A DNA stretch of 64,000 bases from a virus. The position numbers were made by a program, and so were the translations under genes. The notes under the pieces were generated by a model. The model did no database searches and was not told the origin of the DNA. It worked only from the letters and a program-made list of their open reading frames with translations. Location: positions 1,353-65,352 of IMG/VR virus record IMGVR_UViG_3300046051_000044, one strand, 5' to 3'. How positions within the stretch are numbered: the stretch's first letter is position 1; each line of letters starts with the position of its first letter. Positions 1 to 10,198 of this stretch are shown in pieces.

Positions 1-2
1 CT

Positions 3-635
3 AAGAATCGGTTCATAGCAACGTCAGTCGCGGCGCTTCTCGTCCTAGCAACCGTCGGAGCGCCCCTGTCCGCCGCTGATCACCGCGAGAGCGACGCGTC
101 CGGCGTGTTCGACGGCGTCACAGTCGAGGAGGACAAGAGCGCCGACAACAGCAGCGTAATGGATAGCGTCCGCCGGACCGTCAGCCGGCTCGCTGGCGCT
201 GCGTCCGGCGCGCTCTCGAGGATCACCGACCGCGGAACGGACCAGACCGCGAGCGAGGCCGCCGACAGCGCCCAGGCGGAGTTTAACACCCATAACGGCA
301 CGATCCAGCGCTACATCAACGAGCGGTCTGATGCGAGCACGGGCGCAAACGTCCTCGAGCTGACGTTCAAGATCGACGACGGAGAGGCGACCCGCTACGT
401 CGTCGCGGACGTCAACGGCTCAGACTACGAGAACGCGACGATGGTCTCCCAGACCTCGCGTGAAGTCGACGAAACCTGCACGCTCGAGGATCAGGCCGGC
501 GACAACGCGGCTGCGGAACTCGAGACGTTTGTCGCGGACTACGGGAGCGAGAAGAAGAACATGCCCGCCGGCTATCAGAGGCGCCTGGCCTCTCAGTACG
601 GCGGAGAAGTCGGCTGTAGTTTCGAGGTCCGATAA
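3..635 (+). CDS. Secreted/surface protein, 5'-partial
   Basis: Frame is open from position 3 (KNRFIATSVAALLVLATVGAPLSAAD, signal-peptide-like); the true start lies upstream of the window; acidic body. Confidence 0.7.
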   Translation, partial: KNRFIATSVAALLVLATVGAPLSAADHRESDASGVFDGVTVEEDKSADNSSVMDSVRRTVSRLAGAASGALSRITDRGTDQTASEAADSAQAEFNTHNGTIQRYINERSDASTGANVLELTFKIDDGEATRYVVADVNGSDYENATMVSQTSREVDETCTLEDQAGDNAAAELETFVADYGSEKKNMPAGYQRRLASQYGGEVGCSFEVR

Positions 636-892
636 TGCGCATCCCGACGCCTATCCCCGAGCATTGGGTCTCGGAGTTCAGTCGGCTCTGGCGCGGGACG
701 CTCGTCGACACGGTCTGGAAGATCTTCGTCGTCGGGGCGCTCGTCGGGCTGGTTTACTTCGCGATCCAGCTCGGCGTCAGCGGACTGGCCGCGATCTTCC
801 TCTTCCTACTCGTGTCGGCGCTGATCGTCGATGACATCCGGGAGACGCTCGCGGATGTCTGGAACCGCCGGTTCTGGTCCTACGAACGATGA
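635..892 (+). CDS. Small membrane protein (2 TM)
   Basis: 85 aa with two hydrophobic stretches; start overlaps the previous stop. Confidence 0.75.
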   Translation: MRIPTPIPEHWVSEFSRLWRGTLVDTVWKIFVVGALVGLVYFAIQLGVSGLAAIFLFLLVSALIVDDIRETLADVWNRRFWSYER

Positions 893-1791
893 CACGGATC
901 GCTTCCGCGGCGCTCGCGGCGCTCCTGGTGCTCTCGCTGGTCGCCGGTGTCCCCCTGGCCGCAGCAGACGAAGTCGTCGCCGTCGACGCCGATCACGCGC
1001 TGGCAGAGGAGTCGACGATCGAGGCCTACGCGGACAGCGGCGTCGCGACGGCGGACATCGAGGGGATGGACATGAGCGTCACAGTCGCCCAAGACAGCAA
1101 GCAGGCCGGCCTCGACGGGTTCCATGTCGACTCGACGAAGACCTACCTCCAGGTTCAGTATCGCGAGGAGCGCTCCCGGACGGTCCGGATCTACGTCCCT
1201 GACGACTACATCACTCCTCGGCCGAAGCGTGGCCTCCAGGCCGAGACCAGCCGCCAGACGGCGACGCTCTCCCCGGTCGAGGGGGGCAACTACACTGCGG
1301 TCGAGCTGACGCTCGACGAGCCGACGAACGCGACGTTCGCGATCTCGAAGACGTCGGGCGCTGTCTTCAGCGTCCGCTCGAGAACTCGGGGCTTCCTCGG
1401 CCGGACGTTCGGCGTCTCGCTGCCGAGCTTCGGTGGCGATAACTGGCAGCACGTCGATACCGCGGCGCTCGCGGGCGAGAACACGACAGCAGCAATCAAC
1501 CACGATAACCAGAACATGACTCTCCAGTACGACGCAGATCCAGCGGCAGGCTCCGAGAGCTGGCTCGCTGTCCCGGAGTGTGACGACGGGACCAGCGCCA
1601 GCGTCTGCCAGTTCGAGAAGGAAGGCATCGACAACCGAACTTACCTTCTGAGCACGGCCGAAGACCCGCCGGCGGTCCGGTATCAGGAGGGGGAAGACCC
1701 GATGGCGAACTCGCGGTCGGCCGTCGAGGACATCAAGCGCGTCCCGTCGCGGATCATGGACGACATCAGTAAGCTCTGGGGTGGCTCATGA
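889..1791 (+). CDS. Secreted protein with signal peptide
   Basis: MTRIASAALAALLVLSLVAGVPLAAA signal peptide; ATGA overlap; acidic, beta-rich body. Confidence 0.8.
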   Translation: MTRIASAALAALLVLSLVAGVPLAAADEVVAVDADHALAEESTIEAYADSGVATADIEGMDMSVTVAQDSKQAGLDGFHVDSTKTYLQVQYREERSRTVRIYVPDDYITPRPKRGLQAETSRQTATLSPVEGGNYTAVELTLDEPTNATFAISKTSGAVFSVRSRTRGFLGRTFGVSLPSFGGDNWQHVDTAALAGENTTAAINHDNQNMTLQYDADPAAGSESWLAVPECDDGTSASVCQFEKEGIDNRTYLLSTAEDPPAVRYQEGEDPMANSRSAVEDIKRVPSRIMDDISKLWGGS

Positions 1792-2003
1792 CGTATCTGA
1801 TCAACTACCCCACGACGCTGCGGGGCTTCCTCGCGCTGACGCTGGTTGTCCTGGCGATCCTCTTCTTCGTCTATACCAGTAGCACACTCGCGTTCCTGCT
1901 GGCGATGGCAGGGCTCGCGCTCGCTGCCTACGCGCTCTACATCGCCGCCTTCCGCATCGATCGCAGGCTCCGACACGGGGCGCAGTCGCGAGGTAATCGC
2001 TGA
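1788..2003 (+). CDS. Small membrane protein
   Basis: 71 aa, two TM segments, overlapping start/stop coupling. Confidence 0.75.
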   Translation: MTYLINYPTTLRGFLALTLVVLAILFFVYTSSTLAFLLAMAGLALAAYALYIAAFRIDRRLRHGAQSRGNR

Positions 2004-2272
2004 TGTGGACGGCGCTCCTCGTCGCGCTCCCGCTCTTAGTCGCGGCGATCGGCTACTGGCGGCATCCGACCGTGACGAAACGCTGGTTCGACCGCCTTGT
2101 CGCGTTCCGTCGCATCCTCTTCGTCGCGTTCGCGCTCCTCGTCGCGGTCGTCCTGATCGGGTCAGGCGTTCCGTCGCTGATGTTCCTCGGCGGCGTCGGG
2201 CTCGCCTACGGCGGTCTCTACGTGCTCTACAAGGAGCCACACAAGGAGGTGCAGCGATGGCTGGGCATCTAA
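2003..2272 (+). CDS. Small membrane protein (3 TM)
   Basis: 89 aa, hydrophobic, translationally coupled. Confidence 0.75.
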   Translation: MWTALLVALPLLVAAIGYWRHPTVTKRWFDRLVAFRRILFVAFALLVAVVLIGSGVPSLMFLGGVGLAYGGLYVLYKEPHKEVQRWLGI

Positions 2273-2766
2273 CGCGCGAACTGGAGGAGTTGGAGTCCTC
2301 AATCGTCAACTACCGGCAGGTAGTCAACGATCCGGAGGTCGCCGCTTGGGCGGATCAGAAGTTCGACGGGCTGGACGTGCAGTATCAGCGCCTCGTCGCG
2401 GACAACGGCTACCACAACCATCTGCTGCAGTACATCAGCGAGGCCCATGACTCGCTGACTGGCGATGGCGGCCGAGACGAGCCACTCTGTACGTGCGACC
2501 GGAACTGCGCGCTGAAGCGCGGGACGCTCCCGCCAGCGGTCCGGATGGCGGACTCGCTCGACGACGGCATCTCTGACTTCGAGCTGTCCCACCCCGGGAC
2601 CCCGAGCGTCCTGATCGACGCTCGCGAGGCGTGGTTCGACCGCGCCCGGGAGGTGCGCCGGGAGATGAAGGCCGTCCACATCGCGCTGAAGCGCGAGCGG
2701 CTGCCTGTCGACGCTCAAGCGAAGGACGAGGAGGAAGAGCACGACGCCGGACTGATCCAACCATGA
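2257..2766 (+). CDS. Hypothetical protein with CxCxxxC motif
   Basis: ATG at 2257 (MAGHLTRELEE...), acidic, contains LCTCDRNC. Confidence 0.7.
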   Translation: MAGHLTRELEELESSIVNYRQVVNDPEVAAWADQKFDGLDVQYQRLVADNGYHNHLLQYISEAHDSLTGDGGRDEPLCTCDRNCALKRGTLPPAVRMADSLDDGISDFELSHPGTPSVLIDAREAWFDRAREVRREMKAVHIALKRERLPVDAQAKDEEEEHDAGLIQP

Positions 2767-4892
2767 CAACGAACTCCCGACGCTACGGCGAACACGTCCG
2801 AGAGCAGACGCAGCAAAACCAGCGCTGGCGTCGCGATCGCGTGGTCCGGCAGGCCATCGAGCACGGTAACAAGGCGATGGCCGTCGACGATGACGCCGAA
2901 GCCGCCCGCGTGCTGGCGTACGTCATCCTGCGGGGGCTCCGGAGCAGAGACACCCGCACGCTGGCCGACTACCACGAGCTGCTGTCCGACGATCCGGAGC
3001 TTCCGTGGCACTGGCACGAGCTCAAGTCGTTTGAGGACTCCCCCGAGACGTTCATCGCTCCGCTCGAGGATGGCGCTCGCGGATCGTTCGAAGCCTCGCA
3101 GGCCGCCGAGACCGTCCGGCGGGCATTCGAGGCCGCCGAGTCGATCGCGGCGCATCACGGCATCGTCGAGGATCAACTGCGAAACTACGCGACGGCGACC
3201 GGCTACTCGCTGCAGACGGGCATCCTGCACAAGACCTACGAGTTCGAACACGACAGCGAGATCAGCCTTGTCAGCCGGCGCAGTGGGCTGACGAAGACGC
3301 TCTACAACGGGAAGACCGGTGAAGGGAAGTCAACCTCGCTCGACGGCGAAGTCGAGGATCGGTTCAACAGCGGCTTCAAAGTGATCGACGTCCTCGACAC
3401 GGACGAGCTGGAGTCCGGCGTCTACGACATCCCCCAGCAGCAGGACGTCCTGCGGGACGTCCGGGAGGAGATGGGGCTGCCCGCCGACTTCACCGAGTCT
3501 GACGAGCATGACCGGCCGAACATCGAGATCCTCGTCCCGCTCACCCCGGGGTTAGACGGCGAAGAACTGCCCTTCGACACCGAGTCCGAGCAGTTCACTG
3601 CCCGTCCCTTCACGATCCCCGCGTCGAAGCTCTCGAAGCGCTCGCTGCTCGGCTTCCTGAAGTCAGTCGTGACGAAGCAGCAGGAGGTCGCGATCGGGCT
3701 GGCCTACGAGGAGGTGCGCGACGAAAAGGACGACTGGACGCTGAAGGACCTCGCGCAGAAGGTCCGGCGGCAGAAAGGGCTCGCTGACAACTTCAAGCAT
3801 CGCGTCACGCGGCTGCTGAAGTCGCTGCAGGACAAGGGCTTCATCCGCACGCAGAGCTGCCCGCACGCGCTCGACTGGGAGCGCATCTTCCGCGACATCG
3901 ATACAATCACGGTGTTCTCGACGAGCCTGATGCGCGAGCGCGAAGACAAGCTCATGGTCATCAGCTACCTGTTCCGAGCGCTCTACCATGAGCGGGTCGG
4001 GCTCGGCGAACTCCCCGACTGTGTCGGCGTCGGGCGCGAGCTGCACGAGATCGTCGGCCATCAGAACACGCGCTCGGACGACGAGCGGGAGAAGGCGATC
4101 CAAGAAGGCATCAAAACTGAACTCGGCTACATCCTGCGGAAGAACCGCCACGAGAGCCTCGAGCTGATCATGGACACGCAGGACATCCTCGACCTCGACA
4201 AGTCGATCAGAAAGCGGTTCAATCGCGCCATCACCTTCAGAACGCAGGACGAGTCCCTCGAGGAGCTGTTCAAGCAGGTCGCTGGCAACAAGGGAGCCTA
4301 CTACAACTACGGCGACGTCGTCTCGAAGCACTGGGAGCGCGGTGTCGGGACGGTCCTCGGGAACACTGGGCCGAACGCCGTCGGGAACACGCCGTTCCTC
4401 TCGCCGGTGAAGTTCGCGCCGCCGTCTTGGCACAACTTCGACAACGACGAAGACGATACCGGCTGGGAGAGCCGCGTGAAGTACATCGAGCGCGAAGAAC
4501 TCCGAGCGCACAGCTGGGACACGTCGCTCCCCGACGAGCTGGCGATCGGGATCTCCGAGGACGAGGAGCCAGAGGAAGGCGGCGAGGGCGACGTCGACGA
4601 GCGAGAGCAGGCGATGAACACGTTCGCCGAGGAGTGCATCCTCGACGAGCCTGACGGCGCTGTGCCGGCCGAGGACGTCCGCGAGGCGTTCAAGCAGTTC
4701 GCGAAGGAGAACGACTGGCCGGTCATCGACTCGCCGCAGTCCTTCGGGATGTGGTTCTCCCGAGCCGTCGACTACAACAACGACCGTTTCGGGGGCGTCC
4801 AGCACTACGAGACGATCACCCTGACGCCGGTCGGGGAGAGTTATGCCTTCGAGGACAGCGGCACAGAGGCAGCGGCAGGCCTGTCCGACTGA
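2763..4892 (+). CDS. P-loop ATPase, HerA/FtsK/VirB4-like fold, with C-terminal winged-helix-like domain
   Basis: Walker A NGKTGEGKS; Walker-B-like VGVGRELHE; LIMDTQ motif; the C-terminal FAEECI...VREAFKQFAKEN...SFG segment resembles the D5/primase-helicase C-terminal wHTH. Confidence 0.75.
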   Translation: MTTNSRRYGEHVREQTQQNQRWRRDRVVRQAIEHGNKAMAVDDDAEAARVLAYVILRGLRSRDTRTLADYHELLSDDPELPWHWHELKSFEDSPETFIAPLEDGARGSFEASQAAETVRRAFEAAESIAAHHGIVEDQLRNYATATGYSLQTGILHKTYEFEHDSEISLVSRRSGLTKTLYNGKTGEGKSTSLDGEVEDRFNSGFKVIDVLDTDELESGVYDIPQQQDVLRDVREEMGLPADFTESDEHDRPNIEILVPLTPGLDGEELPFDTESEQFTARPFTIPASKLSKRSLLGFLKSVVTKQQEVAIGLAYEEVRDEKDDWTLKDLAQKVRRQKGLADNFKHRVTRLLKSLQDKGFIRTQSCPHALDWERIFRDIDTITVFSTSLMREREDKLMVISYLFRALYHERVGLGELPDCVGVGRELHEIVGHQNTRSDDEREKAIQEGIKTELGYILRKNRHESLELIMDTQDILDLDKSIRKRFNRAITFRTQDESLEELFKQVAGNKGAYYNYGDVVSKHWERGVGTVLGNTGPNAVGNTPFLSPVKFAPPSWHNFDNDEDDTGWESRVKYIEREELRAHSWDTSLPDELAIGISEDEEPEEGGEGDVDEREQAMNTFAEECILDEPDGAVPAEDVREAFKQFAKENDWPVIDSPQSFGMWFSRAVDYNNDRFGGVQHYETITLTPVGESYAFEDSGTEAAAGLSD

Positions 4893-5210
4893 TGGCTCTG
4901 GGAGACCTCTGAGAGAGACCCGCGACAGACCAAACCACAAGAGCGCGCGCGGACGAGAGACCAGAGACCAGGTGAAGGTACGGTAGGGCTCACTACCTTT
5001 CTACAGCGCGCGCATCATGCGCGAGCGCGGTCTGGAGTTCCCAACAATAACTGTTGTTAGCGAGCGCTGGTCGCTCGCCCGAGGACAGCAGCACTCAGAA
5101 TTTTCTGAACCATGAACAGCACAGTACAGCGGAGAGTAGACCGACCGCCGCCGGTCACTCTCTTTTTTCGATACGGTTTGTAGCGAGCCTACAACCAACC
5201 ACAGAGACTC

Positions 5211-5414
5211 ATGACTAAGCAAACGACAACGGTCGCTCGGCCGAACGCCAGCGGCCTGCAGTGTTACCTGCCAGTATCGTTCGTCGATGACTCAACGTTC
5301 CCGTTCGATCGGGGCGACGAGCTGCAAGCCATCGCGATCCCCGGAACCGGCGTCCTGCTGCTGCCGAACAAGCGGGACATTAGCCCGGAGGAGGTGTCCG
5401 TCCGTGGCGTTTGA
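5211..5414 (+). CDS. AbrB/SpoVT-like small DNA-binding protein
   Basis: 67 aa; QCYLPVSFVDD...FDRGDEL pattern typical of swapped-hairpin regulators. Confidence 0.5.
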   Translation: MTKQTTTVARPNASGLQCYLPVSFVDDSTFPFDRGDELQAIAIPGTGVLLLPNKRDISPEEVSVRGV

Positions 5415-6357
5415 ACGCCTGCGGGCGGCCGCAGGAGGGGCCGTCGATCCGTCGCGATACCACGGCGGCGAGGCCGGGGGAGACGTGGATGAGACGCTCT
5501 CACCCCAGGAGTGGCGCGACCAGACCAAGCGGACGCGGCGGCAGCGACTGGCCGCCCGGAAGCATCAGGCGATCTCCCTGGGCTTCATCGGCCTGATCGC
5601 GACGATGTACATCGTCGTCTTCACCGGGAAGTTCTTCCCGACGCTGAAGGGCAACGCCGTCCTGCTGATGACGGCGAAGTACGGGACGGTCATCCCGATC
5701 ACGGTCGTCCTCGCGACCCGCTGGCAGCGCAACAAGCTCCAGCGATACGACCGACTGGCGCTCCAGCTCCCTGATGGCGGGCGGTCGTACCTGGGACACT
5801 ACAGCGAGGACTCCCAGGGCAACGGCATCTTCCGGCCGATCAAGGGGCATAGTTGGTTCGGACTGAAGGCCGAGCCGCTGACGCTCGGCGATCTCGGTAA
5901 CGACTTCACGCGGACATGGGCGAAACGCGGCCGGGACGCCAGTGAGCCGGCGGCCATCCGGGTCGAGGACGGCCTGACCGTCACGACGAAAGACGCGACC
6001 GGCCGGGTCGTGCTCTCGCTGACCGACGGTCTCGAGATCGACGAGTATGGGCGCGAGAGCGACCTCTACTGCGCCCCGCCGCAAACCGTCGACGAGGAGC
6101 GGTTCAAGGAGCTACGGGCGACGCTCGAGGACTACGTCGGCCGCGTCGATCATCTCGAAGACCGGCTTGACGCGGTCAAAGAGCAGCGAGACGAGTATCG
6201 CGAGGAGGCCGGTAAGCGACGCGAGGAGATCAAGCAGGACATCGTCGAAACGCACGGCGAACTCGCGGAAGCGGGCTTCACGCCCAGCAGCCCCGAACGA
6301 CGGCAGCGACCGGATACGACCAGCCACAACTTCACCCCCGATCTCGATAATGACTAA
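5404..6357 (+). CDS. Membrane protein with C-terminal coiled coil
   Basis: GTG start at 5404; two N-terminal TM segments; heptad-rich C-terminus (LRATLEDYVGRVDHLEDRLDAVKEQRDEY). Confidence 0.75.
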   Translation: MAFERLRAAAGGAVDPSRYHGGEAGGDVDETLSPQEWRDQTKRTRRQRLAARKHQAISLGFIGLIATMYIVVFTGKFFPTLKGNAVLLMTAKYGTVIPITVVLATRWQRNKLQRYDRLALQLPDGGRSYLGHYSEDSQGNGIFRPIKGHSWFGLKAEPLTLGDLGNDFTRTWAKRGRDASEPAAIRVEDGLTVTTKDATGRVVLSLTDGLEIDEYGRESDLYCAPPQTVDEERFKELRATLEDYVGRVDHLEDRLDAVKEQRDEYREEAGKRREEIKQDIVETHGELAEAGFTPSSPERRQRPDTTSHNFTPDLDND

Positions 6358-7897
6358 CGCATACGCGCGCGTAGCAGCAGCGGCGCTCCTGATCCTGACG
6401 ACGATGGCCGGAGCAGGCGTCGCCAGCGCTGTCGCCCAGACACAGACCGCAGAGCGATCCGCAGACCTCGCGATCGAGCAGGACAGCTACGTCGAGAGCG
6501 GCGTCTCGATGAATCAGAGCGGCGATGTCCCGACCTATCGCGTCGAGGGACCCGTCCGGATAGTCCCGAGAAACTTCGCCTACCGGAACGTCACGGACTT
6601 CGGCGCTGACGGCGAGGCGACGCTCTCCTACGACCGGGAGATGGCGCAGTACGAGTTCTCTGCGTCGAAGGCAGGCACCTACGAGGTTTACTGGACGGTC
6701 GCCGAGCGCCGTGAAGTCGCGGTCAACGGGACGAACGAGACCGAGACGCAGCTCGTGAAGGTCCGCTACGTCGCCCGCATCAACATCGATACCGAGGCGA
6801 TGGCGCACATCCCCCAGTCGAAGATCGAGCAGCAGCGGGAAGACGCCGAGAACTGGCGCTCGGTCAACGCCTCGCTCGTCGACATCTTCGGCTCGGACGT
6901 CGATCAGCAGGGCAAGCTACAGGAGGCCGTCTGGTTCTGGAAAGCACAAAAGAACCCGCTTTCGGCGTTCTCCGGACAGTTCTCCGCGGTCATCGTCATG
7001 CTGACCATTACGATCGGCGGACTGCTGGTCGTGGCGACTGGCGGCATCGTCCACTACCTCAGCCGGCGGTCGGACATCCGCTACCGGAACAAACACGAGA
7101 GTCTGAAGGCTGACGAGGCAGATCTGACCGAGCGACTGCTCGAGTTGGACGACCAGGAGCGCAAGCGCGTCATCGCAAACTGGGACTGGCAGGAGATCTT
7201 CTCCGACGATGCGGTCGCGCGCGCGTGGCGCGACACGTTCGGCGAGGACGTCCTCGAGGGACTCGTGAAGTACGGGAGCCTCCGAGAACCGCGGAACCTC
7301 GTCCACGACCGCCTGCAGGCGATGGGGCAGAGCGGCTACGTCGCGGTTGTCGACGAGTCCGTCGCGACGGACGGCGGCGCGGGCGCTGCTGGCGAGGAGA
7401 TCGTCAGCGCGCACATCGAGTCCGAAGACGCTGTCGCGCCCGACGAGGAGACAATCGCGCTCGACGCGCCGGACGACAACCTGCTCGACGCGATCGACTG
7501 GGACGATCCGGTCATGCGCGGCTTCGATCTGGCCTCGGCGGACATCGATCCGGATGCGCTGGAGACAAACCCGCGAGCGCGGTCGCTCGAGGAGCTGCTG
7601 GAGGTCGTCGACGAGCAGCGCGAGGAGTTCGACGACCCCGCTGCCTTCGGAGAGTTCTATCTGGAGTTCGTCCAGTCCCTGCGCGAGCACGAGATCAGCG
7701 ACAAGCAGGGGCGGCCGGACACGCTGCGCTACACCTTCGAGACGCTGCTCCGACAGGCGCAGCTCCTCGAAGACCGGCACGACTTCGCGCTCTTCGAGTT
7801 TGACCGGCAGGCGATCTCGAAGGGGCTCGCAGAACACGACGCCGTCGGCAACGCGTCGGACTACGTCAAGGAGGTGAACGATGGTAAGCACAACTGA
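6350..7897 (+). CDS. Secreted/membrane-anchored protein
   Basis: ATG at 6350; signal peptide; central TM (AVIVMLTITIGGLLVVATGGIV); acidic. Confidence 0.8.
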   Translation: MTNAYARVAAAALLILTTMAGAGVASAVAQTQTAERSADLAIEQDSYVESGVSMNQSGDVPTYRVEGPVRIVPRNFAYRNVTDFGADGEATLSYDREMAQYEFSASKAGTYEVYWTVAERREVAVNGTNETETQLVKVRYVARINIDTEAMAHIPQSKIEQQREDAENWRSVNASLVDIFGSDVDQQGKLQEAVWFWKAQKNPLSAFSGQFSAVIVMLTITIGGLLVVATGGIVHYLSRRSDIRYRNKHESLKADEADLTERLLELDDQERKRVIANWDWQEIFSDDAVARAWRDTFGEDVLEGLVKYGSLREPRNLVHDRLQAMGQSGYVAVVDESVATDGGAGAAGEEIVSAHIESEDAVAPDEETIALDAPDDNLLDAIDWDDPVMRGFDLASADIDPDALETNPRARSLEELLEVVDEQREEFDDPAAFGEFYLEFVQSLREHEISDKQGRPDTLRYTFETLLRQAQLLEDRHDFALFEFDRQAISKGLAEHDAVGNASDYVKEVNDGKHN

Positions 7898-9731
7898 GGT
7901 CCTGCAGATCAGCCTCGACACGACCGGGACGACACCCTACGAGACGGGGCTCGCGATCGTCATCCTGCTCGTCGTGGGGGTTGTCCTCGCGATCGGGACC
8001 TACCGGATGCGCTTCGGCGGGCTCTCGGACGAGCAGGAGCGACACAAGCGAGCGCTCTCGGCCGACCTCGACCAACAGAGTCCGCAAACGCTCCGGGTCA
8101 GCGCCGAAGAGGGGCTCGCGGCCCGAAAGGAGGGTCTGCAGGCGCTGTTTGATCCGTCGAACCGGGGGGGAAAGCCCCCGACAGTCCGGTCCGCAGCGGG
8201 AGATGTCCGGCAGGCGCTCGAACTGGCCTGGGGCGACCGAACGGCGGGCATCCCGCGACTGACGATCCGGCTGCTTGAGGAAGCACTGCTCGTCCTTGTC
8301 CTCGGAGGACTGGCGATCGTTCCCAGCTCGACGATCAACTACTGGCTTCGGAGCGGCGACGAGTTCGACCCGAGCGAGGCGATCGGCGCCGCGACGCAGT
8401 CCGCTGAGTCGATGGCCGACCTCTTTTACTCTGGACTCGCCGCCTTCCCGGTGTCGGACACGCTCTTCGGGCTTGGCCTCGCGGCAGTGATCGAAGCCGG
8501 CACTGTCCTGTACAACAACTGGCTCGCGGTCGGCATCACGCTCGTCGCGTGCGCGCTCGGGCTGGCGTGGTTACATCGGAAGAGTCCGGACGACCTTGAG
8601 CACGACCTCTACTCCTCGCGGCTCCGGGCCGGAGTCAGCGGAGTGGCCCGCCTGACGGTCGTCTGGGCGGCAGGGGTTGTTCCGGCCTCGATCGGCCGGC
8701 TCGTCGGCTTCGAAACCGTCGGAGACGCCGTCGGGCTGGCCGCGGCGGGCATCGTCGTCCTGCTGTTCGCCCGCGGCGCTGTCCGGGGGGCGCGAGCGCG
8801 ACTGCGGCGAGCGGCGCGAACGAACGTCGGCGAGTGGAGCCGGGCCGGCATGACCTACCTCGTCCTCCGGCGAGTGGCGGCCGGCTTCGGGGCGGCCGCC
8901 GTCCCGATCATCCTGGCGTGGGGCAGCCTCCTGGTCTCGACCGGCAAGCTCGGCGAGATTGTATCGATGATCTCCGGCGGGACGCTGGAGGCCAAAGCGA
9001 CGATCGGCGCCGGCATCGTCATCGCGATGGCGCTGCTCGCCCTGCAGGTCCGGGATGCGTGGCCTGACATCCGGACGGCACTCGGCGAGGCGTTCGGCCT
9101 GAAGGCTGTTCGCGTGGCTATCTACCGGCGAGCGGCGCCGACTGGCGTCATCGTCTTCGGGTACTTCCTCGCGATCGGCTTCGGCCTGACCGTCCCACTG
9201 GCAATCCTCGCCGGGCTCGCCGGCGGGCTTCTCGCCCGCGGCCTCTACGTCCTCGCCCGACGAGCGAAGTATCGCGCTGAGATGATCGGCGGCGAGGAGA
9301 TCACAGCCTCCCGGTTTGTCGTCGAAGCGTTCGTCCTCGAGGATGACGACGGCGAGATGCACCCCTACGCCCGACTCAACGGGACACCGATGGCGCACAA
9401 CGACGTCGATACGCTCGTCGACGAGCTGGTCGCAGCGAGTCAGGCGGCGAAGGCCGACGGGGAGATCCCCCCGTCGGTCGAGCGCAAACACGCTGAGGAC
9501 CTGCTCGACTACGGGCTGACCTCAGTCGAGGAGACCGAGACGAAGCTTCAGCAGTGGGTCCATGACGAGATCGTCGGGAACCTCCGGAATAACGAGGGAG
9601 CGCTGCCCGTCGAGGATCTCGAGCAGCGCCTCGACGACTATCCGGACGACCTCTGGCAACAGCAGTTGCGCGCTCTCCGGCTGAAGCGGGGGCTTATCCA
9701 GCAGCGCGGCGACTACTACGTCCTGCAGTAG
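7881..9731 (+). CDS. Polytopic membrane protein
   Basis: 616 aa, about 10 hydrophobic segments, soluble C-terminal domain. Confidence 0.8.
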   Translation: MVSTTEVLQISLDTTGTTPYETGLAIVILLVVGVVLAIGTYRMRFGGLSDEQERHKRALSADLDQQSPQTLRVSAEEGLAARKEGLQALFDPSNRGGKPPTVRSAAGDVRQALELAWGDRTAGIPRLTIRLLEEALLVLVLGGLAIVPSSTINYWLRSGDEFDPSEAIGAATQSAESMADLFYSGLAAFPVSDTLFGLGLAAVIEAGTVLYNNWLAVGITLVACALGLAWLHRKSPDDLEHDLYSSRLRAGVSGVARLTVVWAAGVVPASIGRLVGFETVGDAVGLAAAGIVVLLFARGAVRGARARLRRAARTNVGEWSRAGMTYLVLRRVAAGFGAAAVPIILAWGSLLVSTGKLGEIVSMISGGTLEAKATIGAGIVIAMALLALQVRDAWPDIRTALGEAFGLKAVRVAIYRRAAPTGVIVFGYFLAIGFGLTVPLAILAGLAGGLLARGLYVLARRAKYRAEMIGGEEITASRFVVEAFVLEDDDGEMHPYARLNGTPMAHNDVDTLVDELVAASQAAKADGEIPPSVERKHAEDLLDYGLTSVEETETKLQQWVHDEIVGNLRNNEGALPVEDLEQRLDDYPDDLWQQQLRALRLKRGLIQQRGDYYVLQ

Positions 9732-9808
9732 CCTCCTTTTTCTCCTGTTTCCCGGTGGTACGCGGCTTCTCGCCGCCGGAAACGATAAACAGAAGTACGC
9801 TATATCTC

Positions 9809-9946
9809 TCAAAGACCGTAGACTTCGGACCGATCCAGCGCCCGGTTGATCGTCCGCCGGGAGGTATCGAGTTCCATCGCGGCCTTCCGCTTGCTGAGTT
9901 CTCCCTTCTGGATCATCTCGCTGAAGGATCGATCTCCGGGGCATCT
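9809..9946 (-). pseudogene. Remnant of a serine recombinase (resolvase) C-terminal HTH
   Basis: Translates ...EMIQKGELSKRKAAMELDTSRRTINRALDRSEVYGL*, recalled as the C-terminus of haloarchaeal resolvases; in-frame stop just upstream (9949-9947); no catalytic domain found. Confidence 0.55.
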
Positions 9947-10198
9947 TCATTCCAACCCCCGGCGATGGGCGGGGCGCAGGGGGTTCTCTATCAGGGCTCA
10001 TCTTGGTCTTGCAGTCAGTGTTTCGCTGAATCATGGTATTAGTTTACTTGGTATGGTATCTCTACTTAGCGTCGCTGGTGGGGCCGATCTCTTCGAGCGC
10101 GTCGTGTCGGTCAGTCATATTAGGACCACGCCCCCGGACCTTTGCGGCGGGTCTGTCGGTGCCCGCAGAGGTCACATGTCCGGCGCTCTATCGGTGGG

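Noticed and set aside
10100-10198. IS200/IS605 right end or cis omegaRNA downstream of tnpB
   Set aside because: Only a weak hairpin; no convincing subterminal palindrome plus cleavage tetranucleotide, and no tnpA, so not called an IS.
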